Of a stretch of DNA of 64,000 nt, positions 13,195 to 25,820 are shown piece after piece; the first letter of the stretch is position 1, and every line of letters begins with the position of its first letter. The notes under the pieces were generated by a model. It saw only the letters and a list, made by a program, of their open reading frames with translations. It searched no databases and was not told the DNA's origin. The translations under genes were made by a program, and so were the position numbers. Source of the DNA: Mobula hypostoma (taxonomy: Eukaryota); the NCBI RefSeq assembly GCF_963921235.1, contig NC_086097.1, forward strand, positions 88,724,001-88,788,000. Reading direction: 5' to 3'.

Positions 13195-13914
13195 TTTTTA
13201 TTTAGTGTTACAGCACGGGGTTCCTGCAGTTACATTATAAACCAGCATTAAAATTTAAAAATCCTGATCTGTGCTTCATATTACTTGTCAATCATTTAGA
13301 CTTCTCAGTCCACTCGTCGGTGGCAACAAGCTCGAATCCGGTAATATAATTAATGTAAGATGGAATCTCCTTTGTACAATAGTGGGATGATTTACTTCAA
13401 AGTCACCAGGTCAGGCAAGATCTATAATAAGTAGTTAATCTGTCCAAACAATTTCCACGAAGTGGCTGAGATTAAAGACATTAGTGAATGCAGAACATAT
13501 TCTTTCATCATATTTTCTCATCCTTCCATCGTGCTGAATAGTTCAGTCAGGTGTGGAGATGTCTGACAAAAAGCTTTGTTTTCCCAGTTTCAGGAGGAGA
13601 AAGCATAGGCTAGTTGGATCGTGCATTTAATTAGTAATTAGTATTGTCACAGTGAAAAACTTTGTTGTGCATGCTATCCAAGCAGATCATTCCAAACACA
13701 AGTACATCAAGGTAGAACTAAAGGACAAGCAACAACAGAATGCAGAATATAGTGTTACATCTACAGAGAAGGTAGTGCAGGGAGACAAATAAGGGGCATA
13801 GGCATGACAAGGTAGACTGAGAGATCGAGAGTTCATCTCTATTCTACAAGCGGTCCATTTAAGAGTGAGATAGAAGATGTCCTTGAGCCTGGTGGTAAGT
13901 ATTTTCAAGCTTCA

Positions 13915-14232
13915 AAAGGACAACGGTTATACTAGTGCCCATGAAGAGTAGTGTGAGCTGCATTAACGACTTTCATCCAGTAGCACTCAGATCTACAGTG
14001 ATGAATTGTTTTGAGAGGTTGGTCATGGCTAGAATCAACTCTTGCCTCAGCAAGGACCTGGACCCACCGCAATTTGCCTATCAGCACAATAGATCTATGG
14101 CAGATGCAATCTCAATGACTCTTCACTCGGCCTTAGATCATCTGGACAACACAAACACCTTTATCAGGATGCTGCTCATTGACTATAGCTCAGCGTTTAA
14201 CGTCATCATTCCCACAGCCCTGATCGATAAGC
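13915..14232 (+). mobile_element. Rex1/Babar LINE RT fragment
   Basis: VPMKSSVSCINDFHPVALRSTVMNCFERLV...LDPPQFAY...RMLLIDYSSAFNVIIP. Confidence 0.85.
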
Positions 14233-14812
14233 TAGGAAGGATGGAGCCAAGAGCTGGACAGTTGATTGGCAAAAGGGATATGAGAGGATCATGGGACAGA
14301 AGGATGGCCTGATGGCATGAACATTGACTTCTCAAACACCTCCAACCTGATGGCATGAACATTGACTTCTCAAACTTCCACTAATGCCCCACCTCCCCCT
14401 CGTACCCCATCCGTTATTTATTTATATACACACATTCTTTTTCTCTCTCTCCTTTTTCTCCCTCTGTCCCTCTGACTATACCCCTTGCCCATCCTCTGGG
14501 TTCCCCGCCCCTTGTCTTTCTCACTAGGCCTCCTGTCCCATGATCCTCTCATATCCCTTTTGCCAATCAACTGTCCAGATCTTGGCTCCATCCCTCCCCC
14601 TCCTGTCTTCTCCTATCATTTTGGATCTCCCCCTCCCCTTCCCACTTTCAAATCTCTTACTAGCTCTTCTTTCAGTTAGTCCTGACGAAGGGTCTTGGCC
14701 CGAAACATTGACTGTACCTCTTCCTAGAGATGCTGCCTGGCCTACTGTGTTCACCAGCAACTTTTATGTGTGTTGCTTGAAATTCCAGCATCTGCAGATT
14801 TCCTCGTGTTCG
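14233..14812 (+). mobile_element. Penelope-like element 3' terminus with a short inverted piece
   Basis: GIY-YIG C-terminal remnant (caacctgatggcatgaacattgacttctc) followed by a pyrimidine-rich tail and hammerhead motif. 14233-14310 is a reverse-complement copy of parts of 14530-14605. Confidence 0.8.
14677..14714 (+). ncRNA. Minimal hammerhead-like motif
   Basis: tagtc-CTGACGA-A-GGGT-cttg-GCCC-GAAA-ca-TT-gactg. Confidence 0.65.
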
Positions 14813-15789
14813 CATTTAACAATACATGTTTAAATTTAGACAAATAGTTCTTAACACACAGAGTATTTCTGATATACGAAAGATTTCCAAATTACAAATG
14901 ATTTATAAACTACAAAGGATTTCCAAGCACAGGTATGAAACTTACAAGCTAACAGAACATACCAATGAGTTGCAGGTAATCACAATGATGTAAATAACTT
15001 AGCTGTAGTTCTCTGGTTTGATGTAGGCCAACTAACATAACTCCATTGTCTTGCGTTTGACTAATGCAAAACAAGAAGTCTCATGGTCACTCTCCTTTGC
15101 AAACCATATCTCTTGGGCAGCCAGCCCCTTCTGTGGGCCAGCAGCCTGTGCTGTGTAAACAATGCTGTCGGCAAAGCTGTGCTTTTAATTTCAAACTGAT
15201 TGCTGGTTGCAACTTACATTAAGAACAGAAGACTGATTCTTGTTTGCAACAAGAAGCTGAACAAGGAATACCCGTTAGAAGTTTAACTTCGTCACAAGCA
15301 ACTCCGATCCTTCAGAAAGGCTATGCTGCTGTGCTCGAAAGCTGAGGTCAGCAATAAGCCTCTCAGGCTCTGGAAAGTGAATATCCATCACAGAGGTGTA
15401 GGTGGTTAATTTGGGGGGAACTAGTTTGCATGATGGAGTGAGCTGCATCCTCAACTCTCTGCAATTTCTTGCAGTCTTGGGCAGAGCAATGGCCATACCA
15501 AGCTGCAATGCATCTGGATGTGGTGTTCTCTATGGTGCATCTAGTTGGGGAGATGCCAAAATTCCATAGCCTCTAAGTAAATAAAGGTACAAATGCTAAG
15601 CACTGCAATTTGTAAGAAAGCATAACAGTCCTGTGGTTAGAAGGTTTGCCATTAGGAATGAACTAACCTTCAACATACCATGTTCATCACAAGTTCTTAT
15701 GTTGATATATTGGTTTCTTTTTCATAAATGGTTACATGTTTGTGGTGATAAATTGAAAGCAAACAGCCAGAAATCATCTTGTCTTTCAG

Positions 15790-15879
15790 GAACACATCTA
15801 TAAGCTGATGAAAAGTGACAGTTATGCTCGTTTTCTGCGTTCCAATGCCTATCAGGAACTCTTACAGGCAAAAAGGAAG
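15790..15879 (+). CDS. RGS6: RGS6 coding exon (end of RGS domain)
   Basis: Acceptor tcttgtctttcAG, donor GTactg. 90 nt, phase 0: [30 protein letters not shown], in frame with the previous exon. Confidence 0.95.
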
Positions 15880-16846
15880 GTACTGTCCAAGAAAGCTGTG
15901 TCTTCTTACATTGGGAAGTGATCATTCTATTCATCATCTGTTAAGCATTTATGTCCGTGCGGGTTGTTCCGAGTTTTAGGCAAAATATTCTGCTTCCATT
16001 TATTAGTAAAGACAAGTGGCAGCAGAATCCGACCACTGCTCACACAATATTGGCTGATGTCAACTTGCACACTCTTTGGATTGCTGTAGGTTAATCTTAG
16101 TGTCCCTGGGAAGCAAGGGAGTGGTCAGTCCAAGGATAACCAGAGAGATTTGTGAGAAAATGTGAACCAATGAAGGTGTCCCATCTGCCTGTCCTGGAAA
16201 AGCAACAAACTTTGAGTCTGTGGAACAGTGTACAGGTGGGATGCATTTCAAGTTGGCTTACAAATGAAGACACTAGGAATTATTAAGATGCTCTTTTCAT
16301 AAATTGTTCTCTCTCAAATCTGCGCCAATTTTTCCTCCCTTTGTATGGGTAGCTGTTTTCAGGAGTGTCAGATGCCTAGCCCAGCTGATTAGTATCCTGT
16401 GAGCTTCATAGTCAGTAATGGATTATTCAAAGGCAGAGATGCCCATACGTAGACAAGTAATGGGACAGCAATCAGGAGCAGAGACCTGGCTGATTTGACA
16501 ATTCTCAACTCACAAAATCTTTTTTTAGTCGTGGTAGTTTCTGGGAACAACAGTCTCTTTCTCAAGTCTTTGATAGATCCTTTCTGTATTGCATGGGGAA
16601 TCAGCTAAAATGACATATAACAATGAGCAAAGCACAAACTGCTGGAAGAACTCAATGGATCAGGCAGCATCAGTGGAGATGAGGGTATGGTCAATTTTTC
16701 AGGTCGAGGCCCTAAATCAAGACGCTGATGTGGATTCGGACATTGGCATTCTCTTGTGTATCTATATAGCAAGAAGCACCTAGTTGTCAGCAGCTTTTAA
16801 GTCAGCACACCACTCCCTTTCAACACAGGAACTAGAGTATACTCTG

Positions 16847-17128
16847 GGTGCCACGGTAGCAAAGTGGTTAGCATGACCCGATTACAGCTCAGGGAATCGG
16901 AGTTCAGAGTTCAGTTCTGGCACCATCAGTCAGGAGTATCTGTACGTCCTTCCTGTTGAATGCATGGGGTTTTCCCGGGTGATCTGGTTTCCTCCCACAG
17001 TCCAAAGACTTACTGTGTCATTGTAAATTTTCCCGTGATTAGGTTAGGGTTAAATCGTGGTTGCTGGGGCACCGTAGCTCAAAGGGCCAGAAGGGTTACT
17101 CTGTGCTGTGTCATTAAATAAATAAAAT
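16847..17128 (+). mobile_element. tRNA-derived SINE (V-SINE/HE1-like)
   Basis: A-box-like GGTAGCAAAGTGG and gagttca B-box-like motif, core ggtttcctcccacagtccaaagac, CR1-like tail ending (TAAA)n. Confidence 0.75.
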
Positions 17129-17339
17129 ATAGCAGAATTGTTGTCAGAGCAGTAGAGCTTTGCTCAATGTAAGCCATCCACTTCAGTGTATTTTTATCTC
17201 CATTCCACTGTTAAGCTGCCTGTTTAACAATAAGTTAATTTTCCCTCCCTCACTTTAACTCCCACTTGCTGCTAATAAATATGGAGTTTATGTTGTCATT
17301 CTCTCAGCTTTATTTTCTGATTGCTTCCTTCTGCTCTAG

Positions 17340-17393
17340 CCTGAGAATGAACAGGGCCGCAGAACCTCGCTGGAAAAGTTCACTCGCAGTGTG
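17340..17393 (+). CDS. RGS6: RGS6 54-nt cassette exon
   Basis: Acceptor cttccttctgctctAG, donor GTgagt. Encodes PENEQGRRTSLEKFTRSV, matching the mammalian RGS6 insert PESEQGRRTSLEKFTRSV. Confidence 0.92.
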
Positions 17394-17884
17394 GTGAGTT
17401 TCACAACCCTCTTGACATAAAGCTCGAGTTTGTAAAACCACATTCATCCTCTGGGACAGGAAAACTTAACGAAGGACAACTGCGAAGTACTTCTTTTGAT
17501 TATACAGTTTTTTAATGGCCTTAGACTAACTGCTTTACACATAAAGAAAAAATACTGTAAATGCTAGAATTATGAAATTATACTGAAAATGCTGAATATG
17601 CTAAGCACTTCAGGCAGCATCTGTGGAGATAAAAACAGTTAGCAACCTTTCGTCAGAATCTTTTGATGAAGTGCTAATTAGATCATAACTTGTGTCCTGC
17701 ATGAATTTCCAGACACTAAATTTTCCAGAGGATTTGATTGCAATGGAGAGAGTGCAAAAGAGATTTATGAGGATGTTGCGTGAACTGGAACCTGTTAGTT
17801 AAAATAGAAATAGAAACTGTTGGGAACGCACAGCTGGTCAGGCAGCATTAATAGAAAAAGAAACTAAGTTAGTATTTCATGTTG

Positions 17885-20627
17885 TCGTGGCCAATGCAGA
17901 GATTCGGTTGAGAGAGGGACAGGAATGGATGCTTAGTGTCCCAAGGTTTAGATGTTTTAGAGAGGAATATAAAAGATTCAGGGTACTTGCATGACTAATC
18001 AGAGCCAGTATCACAACTGGACTCAGAAGGGATATGATGCAGGGATATGATTCACTGAGTCTATATGGGTAGAATTCAAAAATAGGAAGAGTGCAATCAC
18101 TCTGATTAGATTGTACTGCAGACCCCGAATAGACACCAGGATATTCAGGTATAGATATGCAGGTAGATTAAGGAAGACTGTAAAAGCAATAGGGTTGTTG
18201 TTATGGGGAACTTTAACTTCTCTAATATAAATTGGGACCCTCAGTGCAAGATGCTTAGATGGGGCAGAATTTATTAGGTGATTCCAGGAGGGTTCCTTTT
18301 ATTCAATATGTAGGTAGACCATCAAGAGGAGGGGCTTTTTTGGGCCAGGTGTTGCATAATGAGCCTAGCCAGGTGACCAACCTTTCAGTGAGTGAACAGT
18401 TAGGGAACAGTCACCACAACTCCTTAAGTTTTAAGACAGATATAGATAAAGTTAAGTATGGATCTTGCGGGGGAGTTTTAAATTGGTGCAGGACAAATTA
18501 CAAGAGCATTAGGCAGGAACTAGGGAGAGTTAATTAGGAACAGCTGTTTTTGGGCAAGTCTACTTCTGACATGTGGAGGGTGTTTAAAGACCATCTGCAC
18601 AGAGTACAGGACAGGTATGTTCCAGTCAGAAGGAAGGACAAGGGTGGTAAGGTACGAGAACCTTGGTTGTCGAGGGAAGTGATGAACATTGTTAAGAAGA
18701 AAAAAGAAAAGTATGTAAAACTTAGGTATTCAAAATCAAACAGAGCCCTTGAGGATTACAAAGAAGCCAGAAAAGAACTCAGGAAGGGAATTAGGAAAGC
18801 CAGGAGCAGTCATGAAATATCCTTGACAAGTAGGATTAAAGAGAATCCCAAGACATTCTATACATTCTGTACATCAAGAGAAAGAGAATAACTATAGAGA
18901 GTGTAGGACCATTCAAGGATAAAGGAGGGGAACATTTGCTTGGATGCAAGGGATATGGGTGAGGTCCTTAATAAATACTTTACATCAGTATTTACTAAGG
19001 AGAAGGACATGGCGGAGAGGGAGATCAGAGCCGAGCAAGTAGTTTTGGATCATTAAGTTGGTAAGTCCCCAGGACCTGATGATATGTACCCCAAGTTATT
19101 GAAAGAGGCAAAGTAAAGGATTGCTGGGGTCTTGACTAATACCTTCATGTCCTCTCCAGCCATAGGCAAGGTCCTGGAAGACTGACAAATAGCTAATGTT
19201 GTTCTGTTACTCAAGAAGAGAACCAGGGATAATCCTGGAAGCTATAGACTGGTGAGTTTTATGCCAGGTGTAGGGAAGTTACTGGAGGTAATTCTTAAGG
19301 ATGAGATTCATGAGCATTTTGGAAAACCATGGTCTAGTTAGGGAGAACCAGCATGGTTTTGTGTGGGCAGGTCATGTTTTACTAACTCGATTCAGTTTTT
19401 TGACGAAGTGACAAAGATGATTGATGAAAAGAGAGCTGTGAATGTTGTCTACATGGATTTTAGTAAGGCGTTTGACAAGGTCCCTTATGGGAGGCTGATC
19501 TAGAAGAGTAAGATCCTTGGGATCCACGGTGATTTGGCTGTTTGTATTCAGAAATGGCTTGCCCACAGAAGACAGATGGTAGTGGTTGAAGAGATTTACT
19601 TTAGCTGGAGGTCTGTGGTCACTGGTGTTCCACGTTGATCTGTACTAGGACCTCTGCTGTTTGTGAGGTATATAAATGACCTGGATGAAAATATAGATGA
19701 GTGGGTCGGTAAGTTTGCTGATGATTGGTGTTGTGGATTGCACAGAAGACTGGCAAAGAATACAGCGGGATTATATAGTAGATCACATGCAGATATGGGC
19801 AGTGAACTCACAGATGGAGTTTAACCCAGCCAAATGTAAAGACACAGTACACAGTTAAGAACAAGACCCTTAACAGAGAGGTCATGGGGTCTACGTTCAT
19901 GGCTCCCTGCAAGTGACTACACAGGTTGATAGGGTGGTTAAGAAAGCACATGGCATACTTGTCTTTATTAGTGGAGGCATTGAGTTCAAAAGTCAGCAAG
20001 TTATATTGCAGCTTAATAAGACTGTAGTTAGGCCATATCTGGAGTATTGCAATCAATCCTGGTCACCTCTTTATAGGAAAGATGTTGAGGCTTTGGAGAG
20101 TGTGCAGAAGAGGATTACCAGGATGCTGCCTGGATTAGAGGGCATATTCTACAACGAGAGACTGAACAAACTTGGGTTGTTTTCTCTGGAGCGTCGAAGG
20201 CTAACGGAAGATCTGATAAAGGTTAATAAAATTATGAGAGGTATACTATAGATAGATTGTTCAGGCAATATATTTTCCCCAGGTGGTAATGTCTAATACC
20301 AGAGAGAATGCTTTTAAGATGGGAGGGGATAAGTCCAAAGATGTGAGGTGAAAATTTTTTACACAGAAAATGGTGGGTGCCTGGAACGCACTGCCTGGAG
20401 TGGTGGTAAAGGCAGACATACGGAGACAAATCTCAAGGTTGTATACAGTATACATGACATACTTTGATAATAAATGTACTTTGAACTTTGAGATAAGTGC
20501 ATGAAGGTAAGCAATATGGAAGGACATGGACATTGTGTAGGCAGAAGAGATTAGTTGGTCATTTGATTACTAATTTAGTTGGTTGAGCACAGCAACTATA
20601 GGTTGGTTGTGCGGTACTGTTCTATGA
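17885..20627 (+). mobile_element. Old, long CR1 LINE (endonuclease + RT, degenerate)
   Basis: EN motif V-M-G-N-F-N-F (gttatggggaactttaacttc), RT motifs YMDFSKAFDKVP and KFADD, and ORF 19913-20251. Many stops and frameshifts. Confidence 0.88.
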
Positions 20628-20789
20628 TGAAAACCTTGATCACAACTGTGAAAGGAAGAAGACAGTTAAGTGGCACAAAAGGTAGGAAGAGATGGAAAGA
20701 ACAAAGGAAATATTTCTGTTGCAGGAGGCCAGGGTTACTTTGGAGATATAGATCGGTAGTTGTCTGGTCAATTAGTTAAAATTCCAGCC

Positions 20790-21430
20790 AATATCAATTA
20801 TAAGCATTGATTCCCTTTGCTACTTTAGCAAAATGAGCATCTACTCCCTGCATTGTAAGGACTTTATTTCTTTTGTCCACCTGCACATCGTCAATTTTGA
20901 GGATGTTTCCTTCCCTTCAAGGACATCAGATATTTCTCCCTTTTTCCCTCCAGCACACTTCACTCAGATCACATTTCCCGCACTCCTGCACTCAACCCTT
21001 CATTCCTTCCATGAACCGTGATGGTCTTCAGTTTGCCTTCAGCCAGTCTCCCCCATTCATTCTTTTCCCATTTATGCCACATCCAAGACAACACCACCTT
21101 CAAACTTAGTTTCCACTGCCGTAGCATTCTTAACGAAATCATCCCTTCTGCAACATCAGCTTCAATCCACAATCATATCAACCACTCTCATTCTCTCCCC
21201 CCACCACGCCATCTTCTGTGCACCCAGAAGATATGGAGCCCTTGCTCTTTCCACTTCGGACAACTCAGACACTTTTTCCAAGAGTTTTAGTTGTTTAGTG
21301 TACATATCCACTACTCGGGATGTGCTGTTCCTTACACTGGGCAGACCAATTCCAGGAGGGTTGTTTCTATGAAGAAGATCTAGCTTCAAGGATGGCCCCA
21401 AGATTTGGTTTGCTTCGTGTGGTGCTGCTC
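20790..21430 (+). mobile_element. Very degenerate Penelope-like fragment
   Basis: Pyrimidine-rich sequence similar to the PLE RT/GIY-YIG linker seen at 28600-29000 and 62900-63500. Confidence 0.5.
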
Positions 21431-21565
21431 TGCTCTGTCCCTTTAGCGTAGAGTCACAGAGTAATACATGTTTTCCCTTATTCAAACATTGTCTGATAGT
21501 GGTGGGCATGGGCAATAGCTCAGGCAAAGGAACAAAGCAGATTTAGTGCCTCTACTTTACTGAGC

Positions 21566-21568
<3 letters not shown>

Positions 21569-21624
<56 letters not shown>
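21569..21624. repeat. (TG)n microsatellite
   Basis: About 28 perfect TG units. Confidence 0.98.
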
Positions 21625-21628
<4 letters not shown>

Positions 21629-22114
21629 TAATGAGTAACTTAAGTTTTCAAATTGCCATTTTAATTCTCCCACCTAATGTTGTTCAGAACTTTACATTGT
21701 TAGTCTCCAAAACTCAGTGCAGACTGAAAGGATAACACTTAATTTCTTCATTAGGCATCTTACATCCTTTCAGACTGAGTACTGAATTCAACACTTCTAG
21801 ATCTAACAATTCCTCCCATTTTAACTAGCAACAGCTTTTCTAATAATACTGTTATTTCCACTCATATTGCTCCCATTACTGTCCAGTCTTACTCTGCAGC
21901 ATCACTACATGTATCATATAACCCTCATCTCCTTCACCCTACCTTTGTTTCTGTAATTCGCCCACAAACCCCAATTCTCCTGTTCACATACCTACTGAAA
22001 ATGTGTTACATGAAATTATAATATTGTACAGCATAAATATGGGCCCTTTCATCCCAGCTTCTCCACACTGACAGTGGTTGGATCAATACCAATCTAATGT
22101 AGTGCCAGCTCAAC

Positions 22115-23270
22115 TGTGGCACAGTGGTTAGCATAATGATATTATATCGTCAGTGACTCAGCTTCAATTTCACTGCAATCTATAAGGAGTTTGTACATTC
22201 TCTTCTTCAATCTTTTATTAATTTCATAAAAATAAACATAACATGGTAGTAGTACGAAGTTATTGGGAATACATTGTTATAATTAACATAAGTGATTATA
22301 AAGCCAGATAACACTTAAATGATAAAACTCCCAATCATATAGGATACAAATGAATAATATAAAACAAAGAAAAATATCTAAAAAAATCATGAAAAAGGAA
22401 AAAAATAATAACCCCCCCAAAAAAAACTAAACTCTTTGTTTCTCTTTGTTTTGTAACATCGTAAACAAAGAGAAAAAAGAAAACCTTAGTGTCGACGACT
22501 CTGTTCCTCTCAACCAACATTACGAAGAAGTAAAATAAGTTTGGAAATGGTCAAATTACATCATATGAAAATGTTGAATAAATGGCCTCCAAGTCTTTCC
22601 CAATCAAAACTGATTGGGAAAGAGAACTCAAGATTACTGTACCGATAAAAAATGGGAAAAAAAATTCTTCAATTAGTTAACTCATCCTCCATATGTGCTA
22701 AATATGCATTGATAAGTTTAAAGTAGTGCATAGGGCTCATATGTCCAAAGATAAATTATCTCGTTATTACTCTTATATAAATCCTATATGTGATAGATGT
22801 CACTACAAGATAGCTTCTTTAACTCACATGTTTTGGTCATGTCCTTTGTTGAAAAAATATTGGAAAGATATTTTTGATATTATTTCAACCGTTTTGAATA
22901 TAGACTTACAACCTCACCCAATTACTGCTACTTTTGGGTTACCAATGATAGAATCAAATCATTTAACCTCTTCAGTTCGTCGGATGATTGCATTTCTTAC
23001 TTTAATGGCTAGAAGATCCATTTTGCTGAATTGGAAAGGGATTAATCCTCCTGCTACATTTCATTGGTTTTCTCAAACTATGCTGTGTTTAAATTTGGAG
23101 AAAATTAGAAGTGTTGTTTATGAGTTTGTACATTCTCATGGCTACTCCAGTTTCCTCCCACGTTCCAAAAATGTTCCTGTTAGTAAGGTAATTGGGTGTA
23201 ATGGGACAATACGGGCTCGTTACGATGGAAGGGCCTGTTACTGTTACTGTGCAGTATATCTAAATAAAGA
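22115..23270 (+). mobile_element. tRNA-derived SINE split by the L1 insertion
   Basis: Head gtggcacagtggttagc at ~22117. Core ctccagtttcctcccacgttccaaa resumes after 23137. Confidence 0.7.
22203..23121 (-). mobile_element. L1-clade LINE, 5'-truncated and 5'-inverted, inserted in a SINE
   Basis: 16-bp TSD GAGTTTGTACATTCTC at 22187-22202 and 23122-23137. The minus-strand part encodes the ORF2 end KTWRPFIQHFHMM* plus a 3' UTR with AATAAA. The plus-strand part encodes the CCHC region CDRC...HMFWSC...NLEKIRSVVY. Confidence 0.92.
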
Positions 23271-25024
23271 AAATATAATTTATCCACACTCGTAATGCTA
23301 CTGTGACAGTGTAATTTCCTTTGGGATCAATAAAGTATATATCTATCTATATCCCTCTACACCTTTCCTATCCAAGTACTAGTCCAAATGCATTTTAAAC
23401 TTTTGATTTGTATCTGCCTCCACCACAGCTTTGGCAGCTCATTCACAATATTCATTACCTTCCATGTGAAAACCTATTCCTCAAATCTCCTTTAAACTTC
23501 TTCCCTCTCACTTTAAACCCATGCCCTCCAGTTCTAAACTCATCTGACCTGGAGAAAAAGATTGATGCTAAGATTCATATCGACAGCATGGCCATATAAG
23601 TGACAATAGGGTTATCCCTCAGCTTAAAGACATAGAGTAATGCAGAATGCAAACAGGCCCTCCAGACCAATTTGGCCATGCTGACCATAGAGGCTACAAA
23701 TTAGCCCCATTTTCCCGTGTTGCCTCCTATGGTCCAATGAAAGGAAACCCAACCTGAAGTCTACTTAATCTCTCCTATTAGGACAATATTTTCCCTGAAT
23801 GAGTCAAATAAATTAAGATAAACTATTTTTCAGACTGAGCAGATAAAAGCAATCATGAATTTTATTTTAAAACTGCTGATTTCTACACGTCGTCTGTCAG
23901 TAAAACATTTACTTGTCACTGTGTGAGCAGTTACATTCACACAAGCTTCAGTTCGAATGTTTCAGTGCTTTAAGTCTTAGCTTCTCAGCCTTGCCTCCTT
24001 AATGCCTCCATTCCTTCCTTTTGCCTCCCAATTTCTGGCAATGAAATTCCACCTAGCGCGCTCTGGAATTGACTTTAGATTAAAGGAAACATTATCAGTG
24101 ATTTTCCTTGGAATAAATGAAAGAAAAGATAATATTTTATTCATGATGCATGTTGAATTCAAATTCCTATTCTAGTGACAGATTGTTGGGATGACGACCA
24201 CATTGTCATTGCTATATCTGCCATATGGCTGATGGGGTGACTAGTGGTGACTGGAAGGCAGGAGAATAGGGTTGAAAGAGAAAAGGGATCGGCCATGATA
24301 AAATGGCAGAGAATATGCAACTCTGCTCCTTTCTCTTATGGTCTTGTGGAATCTGATGTATTAGCTGCTAAATCACCATTTATAGTCAAAGCTGGGATTG
24401 AGTATATGAAAACTCTTCAATTGTTATGTTCAAGGATGGCAAACCTATGGCATGCCAGCTGGAGATGGAACACTGAAAAATTTTGTTGGCATGTGGCAAG
24501 TAGTGCTGACCCACAATTCTTTAAACGCCACCCATAGTAAAAAGATACATAATGTTTATCTTTACTGCCAAATGAAACAACAAATGAACTTTCAGAATTA
24601 GAGGACAGTGAGATGTTTTCACAGGAGTCTATAATTATTGTTGCTAATTTCTTAATCAATAATAACCTCTGCTCAAAATTACCATGGTACATGAGAGCAT
24701 GTTTTAGAAAATTTATGCCAATTTGGGCACACTCGCACAAAATCTGTCACCACCCTTGCATATGATTAAATACTAAACCATATACAGTATATATGTAGAA
24801 ATCATGTTTATAGGAATGGATGCCTATTTATAGTTATAAGTGTACTGACGGATTGAATGTATGCTGCAGCAGATTTTTAAGAGAACCAACAGCATATCAA
24901 ATATACTCCATATTATTTAATTACAGAGTTCATTGATGTGCATGTCATATTGATCATGCACCTCATATAAATAAGGATAATGCAGCACTGGAAAAACTTC
25001 AGCAAAGTTTGGGCTGTGATTTTC

Positions 25025-25590
25025 TGAGCCACTTTCCTACACCGGGACCATATCCCTCCACACCCGTCCCATCCATATACCTATCCAAATTTCTCTTAAA
25101 TGTTGAAACCGAACCCACATCCACCACTTCTACTGGCAGCTCGTTTCACCCTTTCACCATCCTCCAATTGAAGAAGTTCCCCTCATGTTCACTTTACCGT
25201 TACCTCTGGTTCTAGTCTCACCCAACCTCAGTGGAAAAAGCCTGCTGGCATTTACCCTATCTATACCCCTCATAATTTTGTATATCTCTATCAAATCTCC
25301 CTTCATTTTCATACACTCTAGTGAATAAACTCCTAACCTATTCAAACTTTCCCTATAATTTTCCTCAAGTCCTGGCAGTATCCTTGTTAATCTTCTCTGC
25401 AGTCTATCAAGCTTACTGATATCTTTCCTGTGTAGATATGTGACCAGAACTGCACACAACATTCCAAATTTGGCCTCTCCAACATTTTATGCAACTTCAA
25501 CATAACATCCTAACTCCAGTACTCAATAGTTTTATGTATGGAGACCAATGTGCCAAAAGCTCTCTTAACTACCCTATCTACATGTGATGC
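25025..25590 (-). mobile_element. CR1 3' fragment
   Basis: ORF 25154-25462 ...KGDLIEIYKIMRGIDRVNASRLFPLR... Confidence 0.85.
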
Positions 25591-25684
25591 CAGAAGGAAA
25601 AGGAAGGACAGAGGAACAAACAGGAGGTGTGGAGGAATGACTGGCAGGGGTAATTGGAAAGCAGAAAGAGAAAGTGACAGGGAC

Positions 25685-25820
25685 AGATGTTGAGTCTCAG
25701 ATCTAGGAGCCTGGAGATGAGTTTGCTGGCAATTATGGTATTGAAGGCAGAGCTGCAGTCAATAAACAATTGTCTAATATTGGTGTCCTTACTCTTCAGA
25801 TGCTCTTTACTGTCCATTGT
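25685..25820 (-). mobile_element. Rex1/Babar RT fragment
   Basis: EHLKSKDTNIRQLFIDCSSAFNTIIASKLISRLLDL. Confidence 0.7.

Noticed and set aside
16090..16250. Extra RGS6 cassette exon after the AG at 16089 or 16100
   Set aside because: In-frame stops occur within 13-22 codons and I recognise no homology.
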